In this document: positions 30,043 to 40,028 of the stretch, in pieces
How positions within the stretch are numbered: position 1 is the stretch's first letter
Layout: every line of letters begins with the position of its first letter
Assembly: GCA_947259355.1 (NCBI GenBank)
Contig: CAMYMF010000010.1
Span: 68,356-130,296, forward strand
Direction: 5' to 3'
DNA length: 61,941 bases
DNA from: an uncultured Nitrospirota bacterium
GTDB taxonomy: Bacteria > CG2-30-53-67
Notes under the pieces: model-generated
Database searches by the model: none
The model's input: the letters and a program-made list of their open reading frames with translations, nothing else
Told to the model about the DNA's origin: nothing
Made by a program: the position numbers and the translations under genes

Positions 30043-30321
30043 TCATCTGGATTTCTGCAGAGCCTTTTCGGCCATGGCCTTGGCCTTTTCACCAAAAACC
30101 TTTGCGTTCTCGTCATCGGCCTCGGAAAGTTCTTCCTTAGAGACATTCAAGTGTTCCACCGCGCTGTAATACTCGTAGGGCGCCTTCTGTTTGGCCCCGG
30201 CGGCCTCGGCCTGACGAATCAGATCCTCCACCGCACTGATATCCCGGGGGGTGTAGACGGCACAGCCCGCCACGAGTGCAGCCACTGCCACAGCAAAAAG
30301 CATTCCTGTCCAACCTTTCAT
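30043..30321 (-). CDS. DUF4398-like lipoprotein
   Basis: Lipobox VAGC, AEAAGA...APYEYY; lies upstream of the OmpA gene, the usual arrangement. Confidence 0.8.
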   Translation of the reverse strand: MKGWTGMLFAVAVAALVAGCAVYTPRDISAVEDLIRQAEAAGAKQKAPYEYYSAVEHLNVSKEELSEADDENAKVFGEKAKAMAEKALQKSR

Positions 30322-30564
30322 CCAACTTCACCTCCTTTCCGTCGATGTGTCTCTCCTGCTTTCTCTCTTTTATCCTTGCGCCACGCAATTGTGCACAGAA
30401 GTGTGAAATATAGATTTATGCCATATTATATCTTTAAACCAATTTGTCAAGTGCAAGAACCTATTTTGCGGAGATCACAGGTCAAAACAGGACTGGTCAG
30501 AATCCCCTTGAAATCGCGGGGCCGCTCTGCTATAAAAAGACCTTCTGATATCAAGCGGGAGCCG

Positions 30565-30756
30565 ATGCTGCACGATCTGATTCAAGAAGAGCAGCTTGAA
30601 GAGATCATCCGGCAGGCAGTCGAGGACGACCGCCTGCCCTGTACCCGGGCTTTTCAGGTGGCCGAGGAGCTGCAGGTTCCAGTGCGAGTCGTCGGCGACG
30701 CGTGCAACCGCCTGGGAATCCGCATCAACCGCTGCCAGCTCGGCTGCTTCGACTAA
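30565..30756 (+). CDS. small Cys-containing protein (63 aa)
   Basis: RLPCTRAFQVAEEL...GDACNRLGIRINRCQLGCF; promoter TTGAAA-17-TATAAA at 30508-30536. Confidence 0.8.
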   Translation: MLHDLIQEEQLEEIIRQAVEDDRLPCTRAFQVAEELQVPVRVVGDACNRLGIRINRCQLGCFD

Positions 30757-30757
30757 G

Positions 30758-31372
30758 ATGACCGCTATCCGCCGACCATTCGCATACCGAGCGTGGCCGG
30801 CCTGTTTGCTGCTGGCCTGCCTCGTCTCCTGTGAAACCGTGATCGGCACAGCGGTGCGGCCCCCGGCTGAAGGCGCAGCATTTCTGCGTCACCTGAAGCA
30901 GGCTTTTCCGGAGCTTCTGTATCACGGCGCCGCTCTCGATGGGGAGACCGGCTATCTCATCATCTCCCTGCGAGTGCATCCAGGCCGACTCGCGGCAAGA
31001 TCGGCGGCGACATCGGGCGCGCTGGATCTGGTCCTGGTACGTTTGATTGTGGACGGGCTCTATGACCCCCAGTTGGCCGCCCACTTGGCGGCCAACCGGC
31101 ACATTGAAGGTGTGACCGTATTAATCACATGGGAGGGGTGCCGGCGCGTGCTCGAACCCGACGGCGGCGAGCGAATTCTTATGGCCGACGGGGTTAGTGA
31201 GTACGACCGCTTTGACGTAAACCGGCAGCTCTATTTCAGAAAAATCAACTGGACGGCGCTGGGGTTGGATCCCGTTGACACCGGAAAGCTTTTTGACAAC
31301 ATTGTGTTTTCCCATGCAGCGTACGACGGATACGAAGACGAACCTTTCCACCGACAGGAAAACACCCCTTGA
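30758..31372 (+). CDS. hypothetical lipoprotein
   Basis: Starts 1 nt after the previous stop; signal peptide with LVSC lipobox. Confidence 0.6.
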   Translation: MTAIRRPFAYRAWPACLLLACLVSCETVIGTAVRPPAEGAAFLRHLKQAFPELLYHGAALDGETGYLIISLRVHPGRLAARSAATSGALDLVLVRLIVDGLYDPQLAAHLAANRHIEGVTVLITWEGCRRVLEPDGGERILMADGVSEYDRFDVNRQLYFRKINWTALGLDPVDTGKLFDNIVFSHAAYDGYEDEPFHRQENTP

Positions 31373-31448
31373 CATATCAATAATAATATAATATTTTTAG
31401 TATGGTTTTGCGCTCTCGCAGGGAGAGCGCACGAGGAGGAGTTTGGCA

Positions 31449-31667
31449 ATGCAAGAATTAATTGAGAAGGCACTCGATAAGATTCGTCCCGCTCTGCAGC
31501 GCGACGGCGGAGACGTGGAACTGGTCGAAGTGGTCGACGGCGTCGTTCGGGTGCGCCTAACGGGCGCCTGCGGCGGCTGCCCCATGTCCCAGATGACATT
31601 GAAGAACGGGATAGAGCGGGTCCTGAAGCAGGAAGTGCCCGATGTTGTCGCCGTGGAATCGGTCTAG
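31449..31667 (+). CDS. NifU C-terminal/NfuA-type Fe-S carrier
   Basis: IRPALQRDGGDVEL, GACGGCPMS..TLKNGIE. Confidence 0.92.
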   Translation: MQELIEKALDKIRPALQRDGGDVELVEVVDGVVRVRLTGACGGCPMSQMTLKNGIERVLKQEVPDVVAVESV

Positions 31668-31789
31668 CCTCGCATCTTCATGACCCATCCGGTTCGTCCA
31701 TTGAGAAACCGTTTGGAAAATGCGTCTCCACCCCGGAGCGCCGCGTTGGCGGCGTGAGCTAATTCCAGAGGAAAGGAGGGATACGAGAA

Positions 31790-31957
31790 ATGGCACACAC
31801 CATTAATGACGAGTGCGTCGCTTGCGGAACCTGCATGGAGGAATGCCCGGAAGAGGCCATCTCCGAAGGCGACATCTACGTCATCGACGCGGCCAAGTGT
31901 ACCGATTGCGGTAACTGCGCCGAGGTCTGCCCGACGGATGCCGTCGACACCAACTAG
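31790..31957 (+). CDS. 2[4Fe-4S] ferredoxin (55 aa)
   Basis: Too short for the ORF track. MAHTINDECVACGTCMEECPEEAISEGDIYVIDAAKCTDCGNCAEVCPTDAVDTN has two CxxCxxCxxxCP motifs; AGGAGG RBS. Confidence 0.95.
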   Translation: MAHTINDECVACGTCMEECPEEAISEGDIYVIDAAKCTDCGNCAEVCPTDAVDTN

Positions 31958-31973
31958 TTTTCGCTCCATGGCC

Positions 31974-32003
31974 GGAGCCCTCCGCGTTTGGAGGGCTTCC
32001 TTT
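31974..32003 (+). terminator. intrinsic terminator after ferredoxin
   Basis: GGAGCCCTCC-loop-GGAGGGCTTCC-TTT. Confidence 0.6.
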
Positions 32004-32409
32004 ATCCTCCTACAACCTTGACATGACACTTGCGTTTGCGCGGGCCGTCAAATTCGCAGAAGAAGATGGACTGCCATGTTCCGAGCACCAGTCGGCCCCG
32101 CTCCACGATGATGCTCTCCGAAGAACCGGTGAGACTCACCTTGATGTGGGCATCTGAATTGCCTTCACCGTGCCGGAATGCGCCGCGGCGTGGCACCAGG
32201 GTACTCACATGCGCGACAATGTCGTCCTGCACGTGGGGGTCGGCGTTTTCGTTGATGGTGACCCCCGCGGTGGTGTGCGGGACATAGACCACGCAGAGAC
32301 CTTCCTTGATGCCCCATCGATCCACTGCCTTTTGCACGTCCGCGGTAATGTCGATCATCTCGATCCTCGCACGCGTCCCAATCTTGAGGGTTTCCTTTGT
32401 TTCCGGCAT
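32002..32409 (-). CDS. yjbQ: YjbQ/UPF0047 family protein
   Basis: PHTTAGVTINENADP, HGEGNSDAHIK, LGTWQ..FFCEFDGPR. Confidence 0.92.
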   Translation of the reverse strand: MPETKETLKIGTRARIEMIDITADVQKAVDRWGIKEGLCVVYVPHTTAGVTINENADPHVQDDIVAHVSTLVPRRGAFRHGEGNSDAHIKVSLTGSSESIIVERGRLVLGTWQSIFFCEFDGPRKRKCHVKVVGG

Positions 32410-32569
32410 CTCTGGCATCTCCAAACGCTTGAATGCTCTTCCATCGCACCGAGGATCGTCATGAACAGCCGTGGACGATGGCCGCACACCATACTCGCTC
32501 TAGACCCTAGCACAGCTCTTGTCCCATTAGCAACCGCCCCGCCGCGGATGCCAGCGGGGCGAAAATGGT

Positions 32570-32598
32570 TTGACATGCTGGATCGATCCTTATATAAT
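32570..32598 (+). promoter_or_regulatory. consensus sigma70 promoter for resB-ccsA
   Basis: TTGACA-17 bp-TATAAT. Confidence 0.8.
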
Positions 32599-32663
32599 CA
32601 AATGCGAATATCTGCTGCCACTTTGATCCCTCATGGCGGCGGTTTCGTATTTCAGGAGGCCAC

Positions 32664-34295
32664 TTGAGCAAAGAACAGACCATGCCCGCGGAGACACCCG
32701 GGAAAGCGTCCGAGAAAAGCGCCGGGTTCTTCGCCAGCCTGTATGATGCGCTGAACTCCATCAGACTCACCGTCTTTCTCTTCATCATTCTCGGTATCGT
32801 TTCGATTATCGGGACCATCATCGAGCAGGGTGCCACTCCCGAAAAATATGCCCAAATCTACAGCGAAGGGACCATCCGTCTGTTCAATGCGCTGGGCCTC
32901 TTCGACATGTACCACACGCCCTGGTTTTTCGGCCTGCTGCTCCTGCTGATGCTGAACCTCATCGTCTGCACCATCGAACGGCTGCCGCGGGTATGGCGCT
33001 TCGCCAAGACAATCAAGCCGGTCCTGGACGAAGGCGACGAAAAGAAGCACCCCTTCATGGAGAGCCTGCAGGTGATGGGTGCCGCAGAGAAAGTCGAACA
33101 GGTCTTCAAAAAGTCCGCTCGCTTCTCCATCTGGATCGTGCTGCTCGACGTGGCGGCCGTGGCCCTGGCAGTCTTTTTCACGATGATCTATGACCTCAAC
33201 GTTCTGGAGTTTATCTCCTTCATCATCATCCCGCTGGTCTACGTGGCCCTAGTCAATTTCAAGGGGAAGCTCGTTCGAACGGAACGGGACGGTGCCGTGC
33301 ACCTCTTTCTCAACCAATGGCTCATCAGCCGTTTCGGTGTCTACATCACCCATGTCAGCATCCTGATCATTTTTGCCGGGGCCATCGTGGGCAACCTCTT
33401 CGGATTCAAGGGCTACATCGCCATCCCCGAAGGCCGAGCCGAGAATCAGATGTTTGTGCGCCAGAACAAGATGATCGACACCGTGTCTGCCTCGGTGCGG
33501 GACCTTTTTTCAGGCAAGAAGGACGCAGCCGCCGACCCCCACGGCAGGCAGAACAGTGAATACAAGGCCCTGCCTTTCACCATACGCTGCGACGACTTCT
33601 CCATCAGCTACTACCCCGACACGAACCGTCCCAAGGACTACACCAGCGACCTGGTGGTGCTTCGCAATGGGAAGGAAGAGATGCGCAAGACCATCGAGGT
33701 CAACGACCCGCTGATTGTGGACAATATCTATTTTTACCAGTCCAACTACGGCCAGACCGGCCGGCCCGGCCTGGTCATCTTTGAGGTGACCTCACCCAAC
33801 GGCGACACCCGGGAATATCGCGCGCGCCCCAACGGCCGATTCCGAATCGACGGCACCACGACGGATGTGGAGGTGGTCAGTTTCGTGCCCGACTTCACCA
33901 TCATTCAGGGTCGGGTGGCCGCGCGATCCAACGAGCTGATCAATCCGGCCGTCTACCTCCGGGCCACGGACGGCAGTCGGAGCGTTTTCACCGGGTGGCT
34001 GCTTCCCAAATACCCCGAGCACAGCGTGGAGACCGGTCCTTACAAATTCGCCTTCAAGGATTACTGGGGGTGGCAGTATACAGGCCTTCAGGTGGCCTAT
34101 GACCCCGGCGTGGAAGTGGTCTGGATCGGTTGCAGCCTCCTGGTGGTGGGGCTGATGATCTCCTTTTTTCACTCTCATCAGCGGATCTGGGCACGGGTGA
34201 AGGGCGATCACGTCGTGCTTTCAGGCAGTACTCACAAGAACCGGATGGGCTTTGAAAAGAGGTTCAATGATCTGGTTCAGCTCCTCAAGGAGTAA
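32664..34295 (+). CDS. resB: cytochrome c biogenesis system II protein ResB/CcsB
   Basis: SIIGTIIEQ, DMYHTPWF, YITH, IEVNDPL, FYQSNYG, TGLQVAYDPG. Confidence 0.9.
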   Translation: MSKEQTMPAETPGKASEKSAGFFASLYDALNSIRLTVFLFIILGIVSIIGTIIEQGATPEKYAQIYSEGTIRLFNALGLFDMYHTPWFFGLLLLLMLNLIVCTIERLPRVWRFAKTIKPVLDEGDEKKHPFMESLQVMGAAEKVEQVFKKSARFSIWIVLLDVAAVALAVFFTMIYDLNVLEFISFIIIPLVYVALVNFKGKLVRTERDGAVHLFLNQWLISRFGVYITHVSILIIFAGAIVGNLFGFKGYIAIPEGRAENQMFVRQNKMIDTVSASVRDLFSGKKDAAADPHGRQNSEYKALPFTIRCDDFSISYYPDTNRPKDYTSDLVVLRNGKEEMRKTIEVNDPLIVDNIYFYQSNYGQTGRPGLVIFEVTSPNGDTREYRARPNGRFRIDGTTTDVEVVSFVPDFTIIQGRVAARSNELINPAVYLRATDGSRSVFTGWLLPKYPEHSVETGPYKFAFKDYWGWQYTGLQVAYDPGVEVVWIGCSLLVVGLMISFFHSHQRIWARVKGDHVVLSGSTHKNRMGFEKRFNDLVQLLKE

Positions 34296-34306
34296 GGAGA
34301 AAATCG

Positions 34307-35587
34307 ATGGAGCTTTTCAAAATCAGCCAGTCCCTGTTCAACGTCGGGGGGATCGCGTTCGTTGTCGCAACCATTCTGTACGTCATCTACCTGGGCCCAC
34401 GCAACCGGGCAGTCGGAAATGCTGCCACCGGCGCCACCGTGCTGGGCGTGCTCTGCCTGACAGTGGGACTGGCCTTGCGTTGGATTGAGGCCGGTCTGCA
34501 CCATCCGCCCTTCACCAACCTGTATGAGACCCTGCTCTTTTTTGCCTGGGGCATCGCGCTGGTCTATGCGGTCATTGAATTCAAATACAAGATCAAGATT
34601 GCCGGTGCCTTCGTCCTGCCTATCTCGCTCGCAGCCATGGGGATCGCTTCCCTCTCGCCGAATAAGGAAATTGAACCGCTGGTGCCCGCACTGCAGAGCG
34701 CCTGGCTCCATTTCCACGTCGCCGTTTCCTCGGTGGCATACGCGGCGTTTGTGGTCGCCTTCGCTTTCAGCATTCTCTACCTCCTGAAGGACCGACTCCC
34801 CATGGCGGTCTTCGGTGTCTGTGTCGCCATCGTCGGCTGGTTCTCCATGAGCGTCACCAAGCTGTCGGTGATCACCGAAGGCATCTTCCGGATGCGACAG
34901 ATGGTGGAGGAGCACGGCAAAGTCTACCCCGTATTCTATCCGGGGACAAAGACCGCCGTTGAAATCGAGATACCCGGTGTGGGGAGCGTCTTCCTCATCA
35001 CCTTCGGTCTCTATGTGCTCGCCATGATTCTTTATATGCTCTATCTCTTTACGAAACAGGAAAACCTGGAGCGGTTTTCGCTGTGGGCCATGATCGCGTC
35101 CTTCGTGGCCCAGAGTGCGGCGCTGCTGCTGCTGCTGGTGCGCATCAAAGCAATCCCCCAGGTCAGCATGCAGTCCAATCCCTATGAAATGACCATGCTC
35201 TTCATCTCATGGGGCACAACGCTGGTCTTTCTTATCGTGCACTTCAATTATCCGAAATTCCTGGAAGCACTGCCGCAAAAGAAGTTGCTGGACAACTTGT
35301 CTTACAAGACGATCATGGTGGCCTTCCCGCTGATGACCCTAGTGATCATCACCGGTGCCATCTGGGCGAATTACGCTTGGGGAACCTACTGGTCCTGGGA
35401 TCCCAAGGAGACCTGGTCGCTGATTACCTGGATTGTCTATGCCCTCTATTTGCATGCCCGCATCACCATCGGCTGGCATGGCCGCCGCACGGCATATATT
35501 TCCATCATCGGTTTTGCGGTCGTGTTGTTCACATTCCTCGGCGTCAATATCGTTCTCTCAGGGCTTCACAGCTACGCCTCCGGGTAA
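34307..35587 (+). CDS. ccsA: cytochrome c biogenesis system II protein CcsA/ResC
   Basis: P..NLYE, LVPALQS.WL..HV, WWD domain WGTYWSWDPKETWS, YLH, SGLHSY. Confidence 0.93.
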   Translation: MELFKISQSLFNVGGIAFVVATILYVIYLGPRNRAVGNAATGATVLGVLCLTVGLALRWIEAGLHHPPFTNLYETLLFFAWGIALVYAVIEFKYKIKIAGAFVLPISLAAMGIASLSPNKEIEPLVPALQSAWLHFHVAVSSVAYAAFVVAFAFSILYLLKDRLPMAVFGVCVAIVGWFSMSVTKLSVITEGIFRMRQMVEEHGKVYPVFYPGTKTAVEIEIPGVGSVFLITFGLYVLAMILYMLYLFTKQENLERFSLWAMIASFVAQSAALLLLLVRIKAIPQVSMQSNPYEMTMLFISWGTTLVFLIVHFNYPKFLEALPQKKLLDNLSYKTIMVAFPLMTLVIITGAIWANYAWGTYWSWDPKETWSLITWIVYALYLHARITIGWHGRRTAYISIIGFAVVLFTFLGVNIVLSGLHSYASG

Positions 35588-35697
35588 TCCGCAGTAGGGT
35601 AGAGAAAACCGTCGAACTGGGTGAAGGTGGCATCGGGGCAATCCGGTCCATGGCGGGCCACATGCTGCGCCGACACCCGTACCCAGAGACGTACATC

Positions 35698-36996
35698 ATG
35701 GACGATTTTCTGCGAAAACATGCAGCCGAGCCGGGCAAGTGCATTCAATGCGGCGCCTGCCAGGCGGTCTGTCCGGTCTATGGTGAAACGCTGGATGAAA
35801 GCCGGGTGGCCCGCGGACGGATGGCCCTCATGGAGGCAGTCCTGCAGGGCGATCTCCTGCTGAGCGACCGTCTCAACGAAATTCTCACAAGTTGCATCGG
35901 ATGCAAGGCGTGCGCCACCAGCTGCCCTTCGGGGGCGAGTGCGGACTTCGTGAATCTGGTGGGCAAACTTCATCTCGCCGGAGCCAAGGGACTGCCCTTC
36001 TACCAAAAACTCCTCTCCCGTCAGATTTTTTTGAACCCGCAGGTTATGGCGGCATCTGCCCGGCTGTTGGATCTGCTCGGCCGGCGGCTTTACACGCCCC
36101 TGGCGGAGCTGAGGCTGGTGCATCCCTTTCTCCCCTTTATTCGAGACGGCAAGGGCCGGATTGTGCCGAGGCTTGACCCGGGCGCGCGGCGGGAACGGGC
36201 GCCATCCTGTCTGCCCGAGGGAGCGATTCGGGGGCGGGTCGCCCTTTTTCTCGGCTGCGGCGTGGAGCTGCTCTATCCGCAAAGTGCCGAGGCGGCCATG
36301 GAGACACTCACGGCCCGCGGTATCGAAGTGATTGTCCCGCCGGAGCAGGCCTGTTGCGGCGCGCCGAGCCTCCACATGGGTGATGCCGACACCGCCCGGA
36401 AACTGGTGTACCGCAATCTGGAAGCGCTGTCGGACCCGGACGTCGATGCCGTGGTCACACTCTGTGCCACCTGCGGGTACACCCTCAAAGAGCTGACGCC
36501 GCGGCTGTTCGGGAGCGAGTCGGCCGCAGCCCTCTCCGCGAAGATCCACGACCTGCAGGCCTTCCTGCGAGAATGCCCGGTGCCCGTGGAACAAGCGGCC
36601 ACGGTGCCCGATGGCCCTCCCCTGCGTGTCACCTACCACGAACCCTGCCATCTCGGGAGGGGGATGGGGGTCAAAGATGCGTCCCGAGAGATGCTCCAGA
36701 GCCTCCCGGGCATCGAGTATGTGGAGATGCGCGACGCAGACCGCTGCTGCGGCGGCGGCGGGCTCTTCTCGCTGAGCCACTATGATCTGGCTCTAAAAAT
36801 CGGCCGACACAAAGTCGAGCGCATCCGGGAGAGCGATGCGCAGGTCGTGGCCACAGCCTGTCCTGCCTGTCAGCTCCAACTGACGGACCTGCTGAACCGG
36901 GCCCAACTCGCGATCCCCGTCGTCCATGTGGTGGAACTGTCCCGAGAGATACCTCAGCTCGGGATGTCGGAAAAGGACGCCACCGGCGACGGATAA
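35698..36996 (+). CDS. GlcF-like Fe-S protein with two CCG domains
   Basis: CIQCGACQAVCP, CIGCKACATSCP, CCG twice, YHEPCHL, TACPAC. Start uncertain. Confidence 0.85.
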   Translation: MDDFLRKHAAEPGKCIQCGACQAVCPVYGETLDESRVARGRMALMEAVLQGDLLLSDRLNEILTSCIGCKACATSCPSGASADFVNLVGKLHLAGAKGLPFYQKLLSRQIFLNPQVMAASARLLDLLGRRLYTPLAELRLVHPFLPFIRDGKGRIVPRLDPGARRERAPSCLPEGAIRGRVALFLGCGVELLYPQSAEAAMETLTARGIEVIVPPEQACCGAPSLHMGDADTARKLVYRNLEALSDPDVDAVVTLCATCGYTLKELTPRLFGSESAAALSAKIHDLQAFLRECPVPVEQAATVPDGPPLRVTYHEPCHLGRGMGVKDASREMLQSLPGIEYVEMRDADRCCGGGGLFSLSHYDLALKIGRHKVERIRESDAQVVATACPACQLQLTDLLNRAQLAIPVVHVVELSREIPQLGMSEKDATGDG

Positions 36997-37206
36997 AGGC
37001 CGGCGGTCTGTAGGGTTTATTGGGGGCCGACAACAGAGACTGCCGGGACGGCATGGGGCGCGGGTAGCGCTGAAAAACCCCTTTACATCGGCTCGGTCGC
37101 GGCCTATAATGGGACCCTTTCTGCACGGACGTCGCTTTCCGCGGGAGTGGCCTTCTTCGCGGAGTGCTCCTATTTTTCAACAGGCAGGGCGGTGATTGGA
37201 GGAGCT

Positions 37207-37854
37207 ATGAAATTCTTTATCGACACAGCGGACGTTTCTGAGATTCGCGAGGGCTTGTCCCTCGGTCTGGTGGATGGCGTCACGACCAACCCCTCACTGT
37301 TGGCGAAAACGGGCCGGGGGTTTCGCGAGGTCATCGAGGAAATCTGCGAAATCGTCGACGGTCCCATCAACGCGGAAGTCGTCAGCACCGACGTGGAAGG
37401 GATGCTGAAAGAGGCCCGAGACGTGGCGAACCTCCATCCCAATATCGTTGTGAAGATCCCCATGATCGAGACGGGAATGCAGGCCGTGCGCGTCCTGGCG
37501 GCGGAGGGGATCCGAACCAACGTCACCCTCGTCTTTTCGCCGACCCAGGCCCTGATTGCCGCCAAAGCGGGCGCCTCCTATGTGAGTCCCTTCGTAGGGC
37601 GGCTCGATGACATCAGCCACGTCGGCCTGGAGCTGGTGGAGCAGATCGACACCATCTACCAGAATTACGCATACGAAACCGAGATCATCGTGGCCAGCGT
37701 CCGCAACCCCCTGCACGTCCTGGAGGCAGCCCTGGTCGGCGCCGACATCGCCACCATACCGCTGAAGGTGATGAAGCAGCTCATGAAGCACTCCCTGACA
37801 GACGTGGGACTGAAGAAGTTCCTCCAGGACTGGGAGAAAGTGCCCAAAGGATAA
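37207..37854 (+). CDS. fsa: transaldolase/fructose-6-phosphate aldolase
   Basis: [36 protein letters not shown]; promoter TTTACA-17-TATAAT at 37082-37110. Confidence 0.92.
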   Translation: MKFFIDTADVSEIREGLSLGLVDGVTTNPSLLAKTGRGFREVIEEICEIVDGPINAEVVSTDVEGMLKEARDVANLHPNIVVKIPMIETGMQAVRVLAAEGIRTNVTLVFSPTQALIAAKAGASYVSPFVGRLDDISHVGLELVEQIDTIYQNYAYETEIIVASVRNPLHVLEAALVGADIATIPLKVMKQLMKHSLTDVGLKKFLQDWEKVPKG

Positions 37855-37871
37855 TACCGGACCCACAGGAA

Positions 37872-38078
37872 ATGCCCATCTACGAATATCTCTGCAGCGA
37901 CTGTTGTGAGGCCTTTGAAACGATTGTCAGCGGGGGACGGGAACAGGATGTACGCTGTCCCCGTTGTGAGAGCGAAGCGGTGGTGCGGAAGCTCTCCGTC
38001 TTTGCCTCCCGGGGGACCGACAAAGGCGGGGCCTCGTGTAGCGGCTGCAAGGCCACGTCGTGTAGCTCCTGCGGATGA
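37872..38078 (+). CDS. FmdB-family zinc-ribbon protein
   Basis: MPIYEYLCSDC...CPRC...S.F; Cys-rich tail. Confidence 0.9.
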   Translation: MPIYEYLCSDCCEAFETIVSGGREQDVRCPRCESEAVVRKLSVFASRGTDKGGASCSGCKATSCSSCG

Positions 38079-38224
38079 ATATCCGTCTTACCGAGCCCTC
38101 GGAATGCGCCCGGGCGCACCGGCCCTCTTCTCCGGGTTTCTTCCGATCTTGAACGCCCGAGCAAAGGCAATCGGCTGATATGGTCTGTCCGACACGGATG
38201 CCCTCGGCCAATGCGTGAATTCCC

Positions 38225-38252
38225 TTGACTTTGGATATAACGTTGTTATATT
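38225..38252 (+). promoter_or_regulatory. iclR promoter overlapped by a palindromic operator candidate
   Basis: TTGACT...TATATT; inverted repeat ATATAAC-GTT-GTTATAT at 38235-38251. Confidence 0.55.
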
Positions 38253-38307
38253 TAGACACAAGCGGTATGAAGATATTATAATGTTTTTATCTGCTGGACC
38301 CTCAAGC

Positions 38308-39162
38308 ATGAAAACCAACCTCCTTGGCGCCTCCTCTCCAGCGGCAGCGCTTCCCAAGGAAGGCAGCCAACGGGCCGCAAAGAAGAAGGCCGACTACGAG
38401 ATCAAATCGGTCTCCAACGCCCTCGATCTGCTCGAAGCACTGACCGGCGAGGAAGCCGAACTGGGGGTCACCGAACTGGCCAAGCGGCTGTCGCTGCACA
38501 AGAACAATGTCTTTCGTCTCCTGGCAACCCTGGAGCTCAGGGGTTACGTGGAGCAGAACAAGATCACTGAGAACTACCGCCTTGGACTGAAACCCCTGCA
38601 GCTGGGCAAGGCCTTTCAGAAACACTGCGGCCTCACCACCCGGTCCCGTGAAATTACCCGGCAGCTGGTGGCGGACTGCAATGAGACCGTCTCCATCGGG
38701 GTGTTTAGAGGCGGCAAAGTGATCTATATCGACGTTGAGGAAACGGCCAAATCGGTCCGGGTTGTCTCCCGGCTCGGGGCGGTACTTCCGGCACACTGCA
38801 CCTCCATTGGCAAGGTCATGCTGGCCTTCCGGTCGCAGAAGGAGATTCTGGAGTTGCTGAAAGAGACTCCGCTGAAACCCTATACGCCCCAGACCCTCAC
38901 CGATCCGCAGGCACTGATGCACCAGTTTGACCAGATCCGTCGCCAGGGCTACGCCACGGACAACGAGGAATATGAAGAGTCGGTGAAGTGCGTGGCCGTT
39001 CCCATCAGGAATTACAGTCGGCAGGTGGTGGCGGGGATGTCCCTTTCCGGACCGGCCCATCGACTTCCCGAGCATCGCCTGCGCGACGAGTTGATTCCAC
39101 TCATCGTGGATGCCGGGCGGGAGCTGTCCCGACGCTTGGGCTATGACCTGGCGCTTGGCTGA
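38308..39162 (+). CDS. IclR family transcriptional regulator
   Basis: HTH ELGVTELAKRLSLHKNNVFRLLATL, PAHCTSIGK, GYATDNEE, CVAVPI. Start uncertain. Confidence 0.92.
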   Translation: MKTNLLGASSPAAALPKEGSQRAAKKKADYEIKSVSNALDLLEALTGEEAELGVTELAKRLSLHKNNVFRLLATLELRGYVEQNKITENYRLGLKPLQLGKAFQKHCGLTTRSREITRQLVADCNETVSIGVFRGGKVIYIDVEETAKSVRVVSRLGAVLPAHCTSIGKVMLAFRSQKEILELLKETPLKPYTPQTLTDPQALMHQFDQIRRQGYATDNEEYEESVKCVAVPIRNYSRQVVAGMSLSGPAHRLPEHRLRDELIPLIVDAGRELSRRLGYDLALG

Positions 39163-39213
39163 CCGGGTGCATTCCGCAGGGCCGTCGAACATCACGCACT
39201 TTAGGAGCATGAC

Positions 39214-39996
39214 ATGAAAATAGCTGTCTCGGGTAAAGGCGGGGTTGGTAAAACCACCTTCGCGGGCACCCTTGCGAGGCTGCTCTCGGAGAAGGGCTTT
39301 ACCGTCATCGCCGTGGACGCGGACCCCGATGCAAACCTTGGCTCGGCCATCGGGTTTACCCCGGAGCAGATCGATGCCATCCGGCCCATCGCCGAGCTGC
39401 ACGACCTCATCGAAGAGCGCACCGGCGCTCGACCGGGCAGCATGGGCGGGGTCTTCAAGCTCAACCCCAAGGTGGAAGACATCCCGGACCGTTATGCCCT
39501 GAAGATGGACCATATCCGGCTCCTCACCCTGGGTCGGGCGAAGAAAGGCGGCGGCGGTTGTTACTGCCCCGAAGGCGTCTTCCTGAAACGGCTGTTGGGC
39601 CATCTGATTCTGCGCAGCGAAGAAGTGGTACTGCTCGATATGGAAGCGGGCATCGAACACTTGAGTCGGGGCACCACGAGCCATGTGGATGCTTTCATCG
39701 TGATCGTCGAGCCGGGCAAGCGGAGTCTGCAGACCGCCGAAGAGGTGCGGCGCATGGCCGCCGATCTGGGGATTCGCTCGATTCTGATCGTGGGCAACAA
39801 GGTCGCGTCCCCGGAGGAGCTGGCTTTCCTGAAGGAGCAGTTCTCTGCCGAGGAATTTCTCGGCGCCCTCTCTTTTGACCGAACGGTTGTTGAAGCCGAT
39901 CTCAAAGGAATCGCCCCTTACGACGCGGGCAGCCGGGTCGTAGACGACACACGGGAAGTCCTGGAGCGGCTACTGCAGCAGCTCCAGAAGAACTGA
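39214..39996 (+). CDS. cooC: CooC/AcsF nickel-insertion ATPase
   Basis: SGKGGVGKTT, DADPDANL, GGGCYCP, DMEAGIEHLSRG. Confidence 0.9.
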   Translation: MKIAVSGKGGVGKTTFAGTLARLLSEKGFTVIAVDADPDANLGSAIGFTPEQIDAIRPIAELHDLIEERTGARPGSMGGVFKLNPKVEDIPDRYALKMDHIRLLTLGRAKKGGGGCYCPEGVFLKRLLGHLILRSEEVVLLDMEAGIEHLSRGTTSHVDAFIVIVEPGKRSLQTAEEVRRMAADLGIRSILIVGNKVASPEELAFLKEQFSAEEFLGALSFDRTVVEADLKGIAPYDAGSRVVDDTREVLERLLQQLQKN

Positions 39997-40028
39997 ACGC
40001 GGGGTGACAATCCCAGCAGGCTATCAGT

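Noticed and set aside
30389-30398. TTGTGCACAG repeated at 57662 as a shared regulator site
   Set aside because: Only 10 bp and not a full Rex/CRP/FNR palindrome; could be chance.
39997-40028. 6S RNA gene expected upstream of ygfA
   Set aside because: Only about 32 bp separate cooC and ygfA, so there is no room.
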